DNA of 64,000 bases from Octopus bimaculoides (taxonomy: Eukaryota), in the NCBI RefSeq assembly GCF_001194135.2, contig NC_068991.1, forward strand, positions 43,015,227-43,079,226, written 5' to 3'. Position numbers and translations under genes: made by a program. This document shows positions 1 through 13,389 of the stretch, piece after piece (position 1 is the stretch's first letter; each line of letters opens with the position of its first letter). Below the pieces are notes generated by a model. The model was not told where the DNA came from. It ran no database searches and saw nothing but the letters and a program-made list of their open reading frames with translations.

Positions 1-24
1 TACACACACACACATATATATATA

Positions 25-388
25 GGCACAGATATGGTTGTGTGGTATGAAGCTTGCTTCCTAATCACATGGTTCTGGGTTCAGTCCCACTACATGGTAC
101 CTTGAGCAAGTGTCTTCTATTATAGCCTCTGGTCAACCAAAACCATATGAGTGGATTTGGTAGATGGAGCCTGAAAGAAGCCTGTCATATATATCTGTGT
201 GTTTCTGTGTTTGTCCTCTCACCAGCACTTGACAACTGGTGCTAATGTGTTTGTGTCCCTGTAACTTAGCAGTTCAGCTTAAAAAGAAAAAGAGAAAAGT
301 ACTGCGCTCAATTAATTCAACTAAAATTCTTCGAGGCATTGCCCCAGCATGGCCCCAGTCTAGTGACTAGCAAGTAAAAGATAAAGGT
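25..388 (+). mobile_element. tRNA-headed SINE, family A
   Basis: GGCACAG..TGTGTGGT..GAAGCTTGCTTC..GGTTCAGTCCCAC head (A/B-box-like), central microsatellite and CCAGCATGGCC..TGACT..AAGTAAAAG tail. Homologous to several other copies in the window. Confidence 0.85.
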
Positions 389-2151
389 GAAAGACACACA
401 CACTTGAATTAGTGAATAAACAAAAGATAGTAGTGCTGAACACATTTGGAATTACATGTATTTAATAGCAGTTTGACTCTGCTCCTCATGACTTAGTTTC
501 ATAGATGTTTGTTACACAGACATCTCAATATATATATATATATATACATGCAGAGATAGATAGATAAATAGACAGACAGACAGACAGTGACTAACTTACT
601 AAAATTGTCCAAGTTTTCCTTGTTTCCATGGATTATTCATGACCATTATTTGTCTAGGCACCCTTCAAATAAATTATAATTCCATATTGGAAAGCTATTT
701 CTATAGGACAGTTTATTCACTGTTCATGTATCTCTTGACATTAGATTAGTATGTATGAGTTTTGTGGCTTGGAGGATTTTCAGTAATTCTATTAGATGAA
801 TATTTTACGAAAATCAATAGTCAAACATTAACACATTGATTTGTATTATTATAGATATATATCATAGCGAAGAGTCAGTTGTTCCAATGAACTTTTAGCA
901 TATTTGTTTTTATAATACTTGACAACCATCAACTGCTGGTGAACATCAAAGATAAAAACATATTTGTCCATGTAACTTAAGTTTTCTTATTTATTTATGA
1001 ATGTGTCTGTTAAAAGTGAAATATATCTTATTTCCTCTTAGCTAAATATTTGAAAAACAAAAAGGCACAAAGGAAGTTATGTAATTATACAAAACCTCAA
1101 GGTACCCAAATGCCCCTTTACACTGAACTTTGACAAAGGAACAAGATAAAAGGGTTTTTTCAAAAAAGCTGTTCTCACAAAGTAGATATGCTTGGAAGAC
1201 AAACTAAAGTTGACATCAATTTTGTATTTGCTTTAGAAATTTCATGTCTTTATGAAGTTGAATTTAGAAGTAATGTTGCTGCTGGTGATGATAGTGATGA
1301 TGTAAGCAGTAAGATGGTATCAGTTGTACAGATTCAGGATCACTAGTCAAATGGAATTTCTTATTGATGCTGTTCTAAATAAATTAGCAATGATGTGGAT
1401 TTGTGATAATTGTATGAGACAAACTAGGCTTTTATTATGCCATTATAATATGCACAGATTACTTAAATTGAAGAAACTGGTGTTAAACCAGAGCAAGTCA
1501 GTGAGTTGGTTAATTCTTCCATTCCTTAATGCAGATCAGTATACTTGAACTTTGAGTTGCTAAGGTTAAGTCAGTTGTATTGCTTAAATATTTTTACTGG
1601 CACAAATCATCACTTCGGAAATTCTGACATCTCTGAAAAAAGAAATCACATCTATTTTATAGATTTTTCTCACTTGATTGAATTACATACTTCAGGAATT
1701 TATATATTTTGTATATAGTATGGATAAAAAAAGGAAGATTTAGAGACATAAAACTGGATATTTGACTGAGTGTTTTTGAAACAACAGAAACAGCAGTAAT
1801 AATAACAGTACTTTCATTTTTTTCCATATGAAATATTTCATATGAAGTCAGTATTGATTGATTTTTACCAATATTATGTTCTTTTTTTTTTTTTAGGTGG
1901 GGTAATTGTTTCAGTACTATAGATTCTCCTTTCTCTCTGCTTTTGGGAAACTTTTCTATTGTTAAAGAATATTCGACTTCTTTTTTATTCAGAATGCTTT
2001 TGTCTTCTCCACTGAATAGGTCTTTTCACTTTACATAATAATGCATTGTACTCTTTCTAAAAATTGACCGGGAACTACATTCATTATGTAATTGGATATT
2101 TAAGAAAATAAATAGAAATGTATATTGAAGGAAAAAGGTTAAATGCGGTAA

Positions 2152-2152
2152 T

Positions 2153-2208
<56 letters not shown>
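2152..2208. repeat. (TA)n microsatellite
   Basis: Direct observation. Confidence 0.97.
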
Positions 2209-2211
<3 letters not shown>

Positions 2212-4397
2212 TAAAATTCATTTTTGTCATTTATTTTTCATTTGTATGGTAGACAAATGTAACTAATTAGTAATTTTTGATATCTGTATTATAATTTATA
2301 CTTATTCTGAGAATATCAGCATATACTTTATAAGACATTTTTATTTAATGTAGTCTTAAATACCAGTATCATTTTGAAGTCAAAAAGTTTAATATGCACA
2401 AGTCCTAACAAAAGGGTCTCTGATTAATACAAATAGATATAACAGATATGAGCAAAATTATCTTAAAGGTGTCAAAAATTCTTAAGATCAGAACTAGGAG
2501 CTATTTCTTGTTAGTATTGTTGATATATAAATAATAGCTGTCTTAACTTTGAACCTAGTATAGCCTTACTGCAGGAATACTATACATGGAGACTATAGAA
2601 CTGGGGCTTGGAGTTCTCAACAACAACATTTAACGTACATTTTCCATGTTGGCATGCGAAGTAACAACAAAGTATAGTTTCTAAAAATAAATTTCTTATG
2701 AATTAACTAAATGTGGTATAAAGACTATACCCAGGATGTTTTAAGTGATTTAAAGAAATATATAAATTTGCTTGAAGTGAATTGTACCAACTCTCAAATA
2801 ACTGTTTAACTTGAGAGAGTATGATCACTAAAAACAAGATATTTCTTGGGTATTCCCTTTGCAAAAATTCTAGTATCGAGATTTGTCATAGTCAACCAGT
2901 TAGCAAGCTTGCTTGCTATGCTGCACTGGAAAATATAAAACTGATTTGCTACTGGCTAATCTAAAAATGGTAAGTGAAGAAAAACCCAGAAAAATTTGCA
3001 GTAAATAGGTTTATGCATGTGGCTTGTCAAATGTGACTCTAAGAATACAGACAAAGTGAAATGTCACCTTTCAGTAAGTAAATTAACATTGCTACATTGC
3101 AGCATGTATTACGCATTTGCTATATTTTGTACATTTGACATGGTCCAATGCATAGAACTAAAGGTGTCCCAGGTGGGTTGCTATCAAAAGGGTTAAACAA
3201 AATCCTCTTAGCATGAAGCTTTGCTTTTAGTTGTGGTTTAGTAAGTAAACCTTCACTAACAAACTGTTGAGATCACTGATTGGTTCGTTGCTGATAATAC
3301 TAAATAGAAAAAACTGTTATTTGAACTTCTCTTGTTAGAAAAACCAAGTGAATGATGATATGATCTCAGATTCAGTGGTAATTCATGTAACACAGAGGTA
3401 GCCACCATTTTATGTTATTTTCTTTCTTTTTTTAAATATATGACTTCAGATGTACCATACAAATCAGGGAACCCTGTCTGCCTTTTGTATAAAATATATT
3501 TAGCTTTATCATTTTTACATGATATCACGATTTAATATATAAAAAAATGTAATCATTACTTACTTTAATGACATTTTTTAAGCTGTTTTGATTTTACCAA
3601 CCTTTTAATGTTTGGGGTTAAATTAGTTACAGAAAGTAGAAAAGAATTCTGCAAATTTAAATCAGTCAATCATGGCTTTATTTTGTGTCCTATCATTTTT
3701 ATAAACGAAAGTATTTTACATTTGTATGCTGTTCCCATATAATAAATGTAACCCTGGGCACTCAGAGTAGATTGCCAGAACTTACATCATCAGCAACTTG
3801 AGTTGAGGGAAGATTATCAAATTCCATGATTTTTTTTTTTAAATATATTAAATGAAAATGGGTTTATAAATGCATATAAAAAAAATCCAATGTAATCCAG
3901 ATGGTATTATCCTCAGCACTTTGTTCTATATGTGGAACTGGTTCAAATCTTCATTATCTACGTGAGTGATGAATAATTTTAATTTCATCTTGAATGCTTT
4001 GAAATCATATACTAAGAAACAGTTTGTTCTTTTCCCTGCAGTTTCAATTTAGATTCTTGAGATGGCTATTTACATCAACTAAAAATGCTAAATAACTAAT
4101 TGTTTAAACATAAAAGGGTTCTTCCTTCAGGGCACTCTTTGTTCTCTCCTGGAAAATTATGAACAGTATATTTCATTTTCCAAAATCTGTTCAGAACAAG
4201 TTTGAGAAAGCTAGCACAACTCACAATGGAATGCCATATTCCAAACCTGATATTTCACAATATTACTAAAATTTGCATTTGCTCTAATTTTAGTCACACA
4301 TTTCACAACCATTAACATAACGTGTTGCAAGTTTGAAATTTTTGTTTACAGTGACTCTCGGTGTGGTGGTGATGGATCTCCATTGTTCAACAAAGAA

Positions 4398-4625
4398 GGT
4401 TCAATTGTTTTATCAACTAATAGCCTGTTTCTGAATTTATATGTAAGTGGCTGACCATTCCACAGACACATGTACTCTTAACATAGTTTCCAGTAAAATC
4501 TGTGTGACATTACATGACAAGGTTGTACCTTTTTTGAATAACAGTTAAAAATTCAACCAACAGGCTTCTGTACAATTTCCATCATCATCCCAATTTTACT
4601 CACAAGGTTATAGAAAATGGCATTT
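4398..4625 (-). mobile_element. SINE fragment (family A centre plus tail of the 61902 type)
   Basis: The - strand reads CCTTGTGAGTAAAATTGG..GGAAATTGTACAGAAGCC, then TTCAAAAAGGTACAACCTTGTCA..GTACATGTGTCTGTGGAATGGTCAGCCACTT. Confidence 0.6.
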
Positions 4626-4687
4626 CTTCAACACTAGTTTCAATTCTCCCATTTTGATGTGTTTTGTAGTATTTATATGATCATCTA

Positions 4688-5957
4688 CAAGAGTGGGCTG
4701 AAAAGTTCATAGGCTGACCATGATGCAATGGTTGAACTTGACCAAATGTGTTTTATTTTTCAACATAGTCTCCCCTGCAGTCCATACACTTCTTCCATCG
4801 GTGTTGCAGTGCTTGGATTCCTGTGGTATAGAAGCTCTCATCCTGACCCTCAAAAAAAATCCTCAACAGCAGATATGACCTCATCATCAGTTCAATACTA
4901 CTTGCCAGCCAAGTGTTTTTTCATGTTGGGGAACAGAAAATAGCCAGATGGTGCCAAATCAGGAAAATATGGAGGGTGATCAACAAGTTTAAAACCACAG
5001 TCACACACAGCAGCAATTGCAAACACAGATTTGTGTGTAGGAGCATTGTCCTGGTGAAGCATAACACCCTTTGCCAGTTTTCCATGCCATTTTGACTTGA
5101 TTGCCTTTCGCTACTGCCTCAACAAGTTGGCATAGTATTCTCCATTGATAGTATGGCCTTTCTGAAGGTATTCAATGAACACAATGCCCTTTGCATCCCA
5201 GAAGACGGCATCCATCACCTTCCCTGCTGACACCACCTTGGCCTTCTTTGGTAGGAGAGGAGATGGGTGTTTCCACTGCATGGACTGCCATTTGGTCTCT
5301 GGCTCAAAGTAGTGAACCCAACATTCATCCTGGGTGAAGAAACATTCAAGAAAACCATCTAGATTTGCTTCAAAAGGTGCCAAGTTCACCAGCAACATGA
5401 CCAGCCTGGTGTGCTTTTGATCAGGCATCAAAAGTCATGGCTCCCACCGTGCAGAAACCTTCAACATTCCAAGTTCACTGTGCAGAATGTTGTCAACCTT
5501 TTTCACAAGAGATGCTTACAGTATTAGCTATCTAATCAACATTTAAACGTCTGTCATCCATCACCATGTGGTGAACACAATCGATGTTTTCAGTGGCTGT
5601 AGCAGGATGTCTGGACCTTGGGTCATCTTCAAGACTCTCTCTACCCCTCTTGAATTCAGCTGCCCAGTTTTGCACAGTTGGTAAAGCTGGAGCATCATCC
5701 CCTAATGTAGCAACCATATCAGTATGAATGTCCTTGGGGAGCTAACCCCCTTTTCTGCACATACCACAGTGCCAAATTTTATCCATTTTCATGAAATGTC
5801 TCTAGTACCACTTTTCCAAGTCCTCAATTCTGTATCCAAAGTTGGTTTATCTGGAAAATGCACTTAATATCAGTAAAGGTTGAATTTAATGCATGCCAAG
5901 TTTAATTACTTTATGATAACTCCTTAGTCAGCCTATGAACTTTTCAGCCCACCCTTA
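4688..5957 (-). mobile_element. Full-length defective mariner (DD34D-type) transposon
   Basis: 31-bp TIRs (CAAGAGTGGGCTGAAAAGTTCATAGGCTGAC, 2 mismatches) and TA flanks at 4686-87 and 5958-59. The broken transposase (about 5786 to 4753) retains EDDPRSRHP, SARWEP*, TQDECW, HQDNAPTH, HPPYFPDLAPSG and GDYVEK*. Confidence 0.95.
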
Positions 5958-6390
5958 TATTCTATTTTGTAAGAAATTGTTTTTTCAGAAACAACTTCCT
6001 GTGGGTTTTCTGAAAAACTTCCTATGAATAAGACCTTATTTTCCTACTGTTCATTGAATTAGTGTTTACTTTCTGCTTTTTGTTTGCACTGTGATGGATG
6101 AAGTGAAAACAATGCACTTTTGGCACAACACTATATGTTGACCATTCCTGATTTAGCAACCATTTCTATAGATTTACATTTTATCAGGCTTTTGCTACTA
6201 AATGTCAAATACAATTACTTTCTGGGCCAATTCTTATGTTTTAAACCAGACAGTCCTCTGGTTTAAAGAGGTTTAAAAGCATAACATCTAGTCTCAGTTG
6301 AAAATTTAAATCCAAAATGGTCGCTCCCAAACTTCTGGCCCCATCTTAAAATTTTTCTCACAAGCACAATATTTAATCTTTCTTTTAATA

Positions 6391-6597
6391 TTTTATTTGT
6401 TTCAGTCATTAGGCTTAAGCCATGCTGGGGCACTGCCTTGAAGAATTTTTAGTCAAATGAATCAGCCCCAGTAGTTATATTTTTTAAGCTTGATACTTAT
6501 TCTATCAGTTTATTTTACCAAACTGCTAGGTTACAAGGCTGTAGACACACCAATATTGGTTGTCAAGCAGTTGCAGGGGACAAACACATGCAAAGAC

Positions 6598-6652
<55 letters not shown>

Positions 6653-6812
6653 GGGCTTCTTTCAGTTTCCGCCTCCCAAATCCACTCACAAGGCTTTGGT
6701 TGGCCTGAGGCTCTAGCAGGAGATGCTTGCCCAAGCTACTGTGCTGCAGAATTGAACCAAGAATTATGTGGTTGGGAAACAAGCTTCTTACCACACAGCC
6801 ATGCCTGTACCT
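6391..6812 (-). mobile_element. tRNA-headed SINE, family A, with central (CA)n
   Basis: Full-length reverse-complement match to the 33858-34268 copy. Confidence 0.9.
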
Positions 6813-9800
6813 ATGATATAAAACCTATAATATAAATTATTTCAATGTTCCATGCAGCCCAATAATTCAGTATGTTTTTCTGGAGTTGATTTTAATTGGT
6901 TCTTACCTTTTCTTCAAAATGTGTGTGGCTTTGTGCCAATATTAGAAGCCAGTGTTTAGAATGTATGTGTCAAGGTACCATAAATCATCTTGTTAGAATC
7001 TTTTTCAAGCCTTAAGCTGAAACAAAGACATTCTTAAAGAATTTTTCTTGAAGTGGTATGAATATTACAATGTGATCAATGGTAGGATAGAGTTTTCTGC
7101 ATACCACAGTCTTCCTCTGTACCATTCTTACAAATTTTAATTTCTGTCTAATTAGCAGCTACCAAAATTGCCAAAGACTTAATTGAAAATGTTTAAGTTT
7201 TAATTTATTAACATGATTTACAGAAGAGAGAAATGTAGAAACCATTACACGAGTAGCTCTAAATAGCTTAGTTACAGAATTTATAGTTAAAATAGTTTAA
7301 TAGTAGTAGCAGCCATTACACAATGCTGCCATCAGCTGTTATCTCTTTGACAAGATTTACCATTAGCATAACTTAGAACAAATGGAATAACTATAAATGT
7401 ATTACAAGCTTTACATATTCTGTATATCCTATGTAGACTATTCTCACCTCATAGTCTGGATATTAACTTAAGTAAAAAAATTCCGTTTTTAAATACTTTC
7501 TGTGACAGTACTTATGAATCTTTGAATTTAAAATCCATTCAATTCCATAATAGCATAGAAAATAAAACTGGTATTGTGTTAAGACTGATACAGTATTGAG
7601 AGGTTGGAGATAGCTTTTAATTCTGTCTGGACAGAGCATTCTAAAAATATTGTTTCATTGTGCTGTGCATTGATATGATGAAGGAACGAAAGCAGATTCT
7701 TGTGTTGTTGATGGATTGTTTGTGTATATAAGTTCAGAAACCTAAAGGCAACTAGTCTAGCACTTGAGGTAACATTCCTCCATTAAAGACTATAATGGAC
7801 TGACGGTTACATCATAATATTGACTTGTTTATTTGTAGGGTTGTTTTTAGATTAAATGTTAAATGTATTTAAATATTTTTAGTTCTCTTTTTAAACAAAA
7901 AAAAGCTCATATTCTTGAATGGTTATTTATATTTAGACTTTTGAGAACTGAGGTGGAATTTTATCTTGTGTATGATTGTGAATTTAATCTTTAAAGTACT
8001 ACAGGCTTCTTCATAGCATTTGAACATTAGTGCCAGTCTATCATTAGAATTTAGAACATCAGCTTGGTGTTTGTCACAAGATTTAAGAGCTTTAGTTTGA
8101 TATCTATTGCAGCTAGAATCTGGAATGCCAGCCTGATATCTATCTATTATTAACTCATTTTTGTCACTTGTAAATATACATTATCATCCCACTTATCCTA
8201 TGTCATCATACTTGTTAATCGCAACACTATTTTATACCACTGCAGCATGGTATGATCAAGATTTAATACCTTAAAACACTCACACTTACAATTACATTGC
8301 CCATACATGAGTTTCGATGTTTTATTTAATTCTTTATTTTATTTTATTTTTTATATTTTCTTTGATTTATCTACTTATAAACTTTTAATTTGTATTTTCT
8401 TTCCATATTGTAAATTTGGTTTGGGTTGTGTACTGAGATCTAAAGTTGTGTATACTCAAAAAGGAGTGCTTAAAACTGCAAGCAAGCTTCCTACTGATAA
8501 CTTATCAGTGCTATCATGAATTTTCCAGATGTTTGAACTGGATAGAAGGATGGACATGCTAGACCAGTAATGGAAGCAGTCACCTATCCTCCTATCTGTG
8601 TGTGTGTAAAAGTATCACAAATATTCTTAAGTGATAATATGAATATTTTGGAATTCCTGTTTTCATTTATTTTATTTATCTCCTCCCTCCCTCCCCTATG
8701 CCAAATTTGTTTTGGCTCAAGTAGGTTGCAGAAGGCTAAGATAAACATTATGTCAGCTTTCTTGCTGAAAAGTCAACAGTTTTTCACTGATGTAAACAAT
8801 GCATCTTTGGTCAAAACACTTAACTCTCAATGGTCCAATCCTCCAAGTTGTAAATAACTATTATGAGAAGGCACAACATCTATTGTAAGAACTGTAAGCA
8901 TTATATACTTGAAGAGTGTTTTTTTTTTTGTTCTTTTCTCCCACTATTAGCTTCAAGTAGTAGGCTAAACTTCCCACATGAAGTTAGCTTCAAAAGGAAA
9001 GGCTCCAACTGGTTAAGATACACTATCAAGTGAACCAACAATTGAAATACTAGGGGAATCATATCTCTTAGTATACTGACTCTCAAACTGACCAATACCA
9101 ATTCCTCCCCTCAAGTTATTAGTGTTTTTGTTTTTACCCCCTCCTTTATTAATGAGAAGATAATGGAGTTTTCAATGCTTTCTTTGTCATGGAGTTGGGC
9201 CTATTTAAATCCCCTTTAATTATAAAGAATTATTTTGTCTAGTATCCTGGAGATGAGACAATGAGAGACAAGTAAACCTGGATGAAGAGGGTATGCTGTT
9301 AACTATTTCAGGGGGAGAGAAATTGTTAGCAGCAAAGAGAGGAAACTGCATGTATGTGTGCTGATGATTGAAACATTTTATTGGTGACAGTCAATCTTTT
9401 GGATATGGCTTTGGGTCTTTGTGCATGTGTAACAGTAGCAATACAGAACCATACATGTGAGCAGTTTTTCAAGATTGGACTTTCTCCTTGAGTCTTGTAG
9501 AAAAATCAGCAGCTGATCAGGGCTGAATTAATCCTAATCTTTGTGATGAACTTTTGGCAACGATTTTTATATCTATTCAGTTACAAAGTTAAACTGCTAT
9601 CTTTTATCAGTTGCATAATTGAAGTAGTGCATTAGTTACTACATAATGAGCTCCTAGCCATATTAGTTGTAGTCTAGTCCATGTACCAATACTGTGTATA
9701 GTAGAAAGGGTGTTTTTCTCTGTTTCTTTTAGACTTTATACACATTATGCATTTTTCCTTATATAATCATATTATTACTGTCTCTATATGTTTACACTAA

Positions 9801-11359
9801 TTTCTTTCAAATTAAATATAGCCACAGCATGTTACTTCTCCACAATGTCAACAATTATTTTCTTTTTCTGATTACACAAGTCCTATTCAGCACCTGTTAG
9901 AAATTGCAACTTGATTGCTCTTGGGTGAGTCCAGATGATATAGAAATAGTTTTTACACAAAGTAGTATGTTTATCAGCATTCTTGTTTTGTAAAACTTGC
10001 TCAGACACAAAAAAAAAACTTGTTTGAAAAATATACATGTACATTTGTGTTTCTCTGCACATTTGTTTGTTGATGTACATATATGTATACTTAGATACAC
10101 ACACAAATGTACATATATAAAAAAAAGACAGTATCTGTTCTCTAAATCAGCAAACTTTTATGGGGGTGTATGGGATACAGGGATTTAAAACTAGATGAAA
10201 GAAATATATAATTTTCAGCTTAAATGGTCATTTCTTTTTATCTGATTACGACATTATCTACAGTATATATTAAGATTTTTAGATGGTGTTGTTCACCACC
10301 ATATGTCTACATTGGTAAGTGCTACAAACAAGTGCAGTTGCTTTACATTGTCTTTATTTTCTTATTTACACACATTTGGAGTTACAGACATCATTCTTCA
10401 AAGTTAGGTTTTTCTTTACTTATTCATTGTTAAGCAGTTAAACTGTTTAAGATGGTCTCTGTTTTTGTTTTGTTTTTTATTGAAGTGGTGGTCTTTTGTT
10501 GTTTTTTTTTAAGGTCTTTTTTAAAACTGTTTTGTTATACAAGTTTAAGATCAAGCATATGTGGAAAAAATTTTGAAAGAGCAATATAATTTATATAACA
10601 TCTTTAAAGCTTATTCAGCATCAACCTTCTATTTCTACAAACTTTTTACCTATCTAATGGTATCACATACAATATGCCTTACATTTACCACTAAACAGCT
10701 GCACATACAACTGAAATGTGTCAATTTGAAGAATATTATATGTTACATTATGACCAACACAGATATTTAGCTTCTCTTTCTTTATTTTTACTCTCTCTAC
10801 CCCACTAAAACTTTGAATGAACTATAACAATATAGAAAAATAATGCATGTAAAGAAAAAGGGATTTAATGTAATTATAATTTCAATTTTTTTTCTTTCGG
10901 AATTACATTTTTTATATATTTTCATGGTGATGTTTTTATTTAGTTTTACAGTTAAATTATTTTTTATATATGAAAACTTAATGTTCAATATTGTTTGGTT
11001 AAGCAATATTTGAAAAACCTAGTGAAAATTATGTAATAACTGAGGGTGTTGAAGAAAAATAGAAAAGAACTATAGTTGAAATATGGAATGGTTTCACATT
11101 CTCTCTACATGTATGTGAGAGACATTTTAATTTTAAAATAAAGACAAAATTCTGAAAGTAAAATATAAAAGAACTATGTAGTTTGATTAGACAGTAAAAA
11201 TGCTTTCAAATGTGCATAATTTCCTACACAAAGCTGCAACAAGCATTGCGTAAGAAGCAACACATCTACAGTTTTGCATTTGAAATTTTCAACAACAGAA
11301 AATTAGTTTATACTATGTCTAGGATCAAGTTACACTTTGTCAGTTTCTGCTTATGGATG

Positions 11360-11396
11360 TTCTCTCTCTCTATCTCTCTCTTGCTCTCGCTCTCGC

Positions 11397-11429
<33 letters not shown>

Positions 11430-11445
11430 TTCTCTTTCTCTCCGT
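11360..11445. repeat. Interrupted (CT)n microsatellite
   Basis: Direct observation. Confidence 0.95.
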
Positions 11446-12095
11446 TTTCTCGCACTACTTTTAAGATTAAGATCATCCTATATTTTTTATACATGTGGCA
11501 TGTTATTTTTCTTCTATTGTTTACCACATGGTAGAAATAGATTTTGGGGGGATTTGTGTGTGTGCCTCGTAAAACTAATTAATTATTGTTCAATGTAAAG
11601 CCATATAGGGAAGGTTCCAATCTCATCAAAGTTAGATATTATGTTTCAGGGAATTTTGTTTCTCCACCATCTTTTCCCAGTGAAAAACAATTATAGGGAA
11701 TAGATAGACTAATTTCTCTTAAAAGTAAGTTTGGTATATGATTCAAAATATGTATTTTTATGTTCATCGTAAAGCAAATATCATCATAAGTGATATCCAG
11801 GCTATAGTGGAGAGGTCAAGCCATTAGATTTGGTTAAAAAGAAGCAATGGCTAGGAGAATACTGAGCGAGGCCTAGTAACCAGTTGATCTAGCAAACAGG
11901 GCCTCCTCTCAGTGGGGTGGTGGGGGACTGCACAATAATGTCATCAAGAAGACAACCCAGAAGCAGCATGCATTCTCTCCTGATGACCACATAAGTCTGC
12001 TGGCATCAGGTATGTGGAGCTTTCAGCTGGAAGCACTTACATTTTGTTATCACTTTTTCACCTAGTCAAAGAATGTCACTTTTATTTGAGTTTAT

Positions 12096-12266
12096 CTTTT
12101 GTCGTTTGTTTCAGTCATTAAACTGTAACCATGCTGGGGCACTGTTTTAAAGAATTTTAGTTGAACTAATTCACCCCTGTATTTTTTTTAAAGCCTGATA
12201 CTTATTCTATCAGTCTCTTTTGCTGAACTGCTAAGTTATGGAGTAGGGATATAAGCAAGTGCACAC

Positions 12267-12307
<41 letters not shown>

Positions 12308-12396
12308 CAAATGGGCTTCTTTCAGTTTCCATCTACCATCCACTTATAAGGCTTTGTTCAGCCTGAGGCTATAGAAGTCACTTGCAGAAGGTGCCA
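12096..12396 (-). mobile_element. SINE family A, 5'-truncated
   Basis: Near-collinear with 6391-6730, including the (CA)n centre; the tRNA head is absent. Confidence 0.85.
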
Positions 12397-13257
12397 AATC
12401 TGTACCTATTTCTTTTGTAATATCATCAATTTTGCTTTGATAAACTTAACTCTGACCACAGACCAATTTTTCTTCTTTTGAAATAATTACACATTGATGC
12501 AATATGAAGTAATTCTTTATATATTTCTATCTATTCAAATATTCTCATAACTCTTCTGATTTGTTTTGTGTGTATTTATAATCACATTGATTATGATCTC
12601 CAGTCATATAAAGAAAATATCCTACAGCATATGTTGTGTAAGTACATCTGTACAAATTGTATCATAACAATGACCCCTTTCAACTTCACCTTTCCTTTGG
12701 ACTCCTTAAATGAATCAGGGCTTGGCTGGGAAACATAGCTTGAAGTTAAATGCCAAACTTAGAAATGTTGCTATCAATAGAGAGAAGACAGCACAGTTTT
12801 CTTGAAAGCTTTGTTGCTCCAGATTAGGCCTTGACCAAGCATATTTATGTCACATAGATTTTCAACTGAGTGACTAAGCGTGATTTACAAATCCATAGCT
12901 CTGGACATGCCATATTTCTGTCCAATAGGGAATGATATTATACAGTGGTATGCAGTGGTTAATTGTATATGGTGTAGTGTAGTAGTATAGGCATGTTCCA
13001 CACTCTCCACTGTCCAGTAGGTTTCTATCTTTTACTGGAACTGCCTTTACTCTATCCACCTAGAAGTGGCATGAGCAAAGGACTGGCTACTAAATAAGAA
13101 ATCAGATCTCCTATGGAATGTTACAATACATTACCACATCTTTATAGTTGCTCCCAGAAGCTGCTTTTCTTTTATGGTCATTATGCACAGTAAGTCAGCT
13201 GTACAGAGATATGTATATCAATGTAGCATCCAGATGTCCAAAGCAAGGCACAATATA

Positions 13258-13389
13258 CAGGGTGATTCAAAAGTCACCATACATAGGAACAATAAGAGGG
13301 GTCAGATCAGGAAATCTAGGAGGCCTTGTAAACTGTTTCTTATAAAAAAATAAATTTTTCCTACATATGGAGACTTTTGAATCACCCTG
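13258..13389. mobile_element. 132-bp Tc1/mariner deletion derivative (MITE)
   Basis: 31-bp TIRs CAGGGTGATTCAAAAGTC(A/T)CCATA... with 3 mismatches, TA on both sides. The interior on the - strand reads RPPRFPDLTPL, similar to WPPRSPDLTPL. Confidence 0.88.

Noticed and set aside
1880-1905. Poly-T AG|GT as a recursive splice site; also TTTAG-AAAG-GTAGGT near 33040-33056 as a 4-nt microexon
   Set aside because: Weak donor (GTGGGG) in the first case and a frame-breaking length in the second. Such motifs are expected by chance in T-rich introns.
4728-5095. + strand ORFs 4728-4943 and 4913-5095
   Set aside because: Antisense to the mariner transposase relic; no independent coding signal.
6490-6835. 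ORFs with HTHTHT, CVCVCV or SLSLSL runs (also 11210-11598, 28736-28930, 33891-34100, 46350-46571)
   Set aside because: Translations of dinucleotide microsatellites inside or near SINEs.
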